Shown here: positions 62,623 to 64,000 of the stretch, piece after piece
How positions within the stretch are numbered: the first letter of the stretch is position 1
How the letters are laid out: each line of letters opens with the position of its first letter
Source of the DNA: Hydrurus foetidus
Lineage: Eukaryota
Assembly: GCA_900617105.1 (NCBI GenBank)
Contig: UYFQ01000265.1
Location: forward strand, 1-64,000
Direction: 5' to 3'
DNA length: 64,000 nucleotides
Program-made: the position numbers and the translations under genes
Notes under the pieces: model-generated
Seen by the model: only the letters and a program-made list of their open reading frames with translations
What the model was told of the DNA's origin: nothing
Databases searched by the model: none

Positions 62623-63698
62623 TTATAAAATCTTATTCAGAAATGTGTCCATCTCATCCCCTAAAAAGCCTCCTTTTTCCTCCACTTTGTCGTGGATATC
62701 CAGTACGGTCTTCTCATAGTTGCCAACTGGTGCCGATAATTTAAATGTGCAGAGCATTTTGGAAGCTGCCTCGTAATTTGGACCGACAGTGAATATTTCG
62801 TGACTTAGATCATTCAAGCAAAGGATTCCTTTGTCTCCAAGTGCCTCCTCAACGGCTAAATTATCAGACAGAGGCTTTCTGCCACCGGAAATGTTTGCAT
62901 ATGCTCGTCTATGCACTAGTTCAATTACTGATTTGTTGGTGACGTAGCCGTACGCCAAATAAGCGTCAAAAGCCTTGAGGTGCTCTGAGAAAGGAAAGAA
63001 AGGAGTTTCATAGGTCCATTAGTCTCGTCGGTTTAATGAGTTTAGAAATTGGATGATATGATCTTCTATGTTTAGTAGTTAAAGCAGAGTAGACATCATG
63101 AGGCGTAATATAGATGCTTACCGATGTGCTTCTCGTCAAGGATGCTGAAAGTCGCGTCGTATTTGTGATTCAGATTCATTTTGCGAAGCTCCGCTTTAAT
63201 CTCATCTGAAGCGTGACGGCCAGAGTGAATTCTGATTACGAGTCCGACTGTGTTTTTTATTGAGTTTTTAGGAACGTTTGGATGATTGCGCTTTTCAGCA
63301 TCACGCTTTCTTCTTTGCATTTTATTCTGAGATCCCTCTTTCTGCATGAAACGTAAAGTTGCACTTGTCAGCTACTCATTGCATATTCGTCAGTATTATG
63401 CATTATGTCACCCACGTCGGCAAATTATGGCAGACTTACAATCCGGAACTCCCTCAAAAACTGTTCTGGTCGTTTGATTCGAACATCCTCCCCACGCACA
63501 ACTCTTTTTCTCTGTGAAATTAGTAAAAGAGGGTTACACGTCTGTGTTGTTTTGGAAATAATCTGTGCAGTAATGTCCCTGAGTCACCTTATTCTGGACT
63601 TTTACAGTTATGGAGCGTCGATGGGTGAGTTCATCGAGAGTTCTGCGACTTTTCAGCAAAGTTTCGGAGACTAATGGCGGTGCTGAAGGATCGTACAT
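62623..63698 (-). CDS. RLP7/RPL7L1-like ribosome biogenesis protein (uL30 family), about 4 exons
   Basis: Motifs VSETLLKSRR, IKRPEQFLREFR, GLVIRIH, AYGY, LSDNLAVEEALG and GILCLNDLSHEIFTVGPNY. Confidence 0.85.
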
Positions 63699-64000
63699 TT
63701 CAAGTTTTTCGTTGATCACTACAGAGAGACTTTCTTCCGATTTGCTTCACAATGCTTGTTAATACGATGATTATCCCAACACAGTGGCAATGCCAGTAAC
63801 ATCTCAACTGGTGGCTGTCTGTGTGTTGTTTGTGGATCTTGAATTACTGCCGCACTATAAATAAGTACGATGCTACACACGCATATAAAAGCAATAATTG
63901 TACTTTAAATTAATTGTCAATTAATTACAATTATTTTTTAGCAACTACTTACTGTTTGAGCTGGGCAATCGAATTCCAATTAAAATTTCCTTGCCGATAA

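Noticed and set aside
4918..63698. Alternative genetic code or selenocysteine recoding
   Set aside because: TAA, TAG and TGA all terminate conserved genes, and the redox motifs in MsrA and the thioredoxin domain use Cys codons.

Overview
Gene-dense eukaryotic nuclear DNA with GT-AG introns and the standard genetic code. Bipartite signal-plus-Phe plastid presequences and a CEP78-like centriolar gene suggest a flagellated, plastid-bearing stramenopile (ochrophyte, perhaps chrysophyte-like); this is an inference. The first ~4.4 kb is transposon debris: a possible retroelement 5' end and a decayed MULE-type transposase. About 14 genes follow: a myristoylated GRIK/CaMKK-like kinase fused to a PP2C phosphatase, ECO1, an ABC1 kinase, a SpoU methyltransferase, a large WW/ankyrin protein, a class C GPCR, WDR55, a DUF6816-like protein, a GLOD4-thioredoxin fusion, a ~22-exon myosin, TMEM19, MsrA, CEP78 and RLP7/RPL7-like. 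The best candidates for undescribed biology are the plastid-targeted GLOD4-thioredoxin fusion with an extra C-terminal CxxC tail, the kinase-phosphatase fusion, and a consistent G/T-rich 5' versus C/A-rich 3' polarity of intronic repeats. Exon boundaries were read by eye and no database searches were run.
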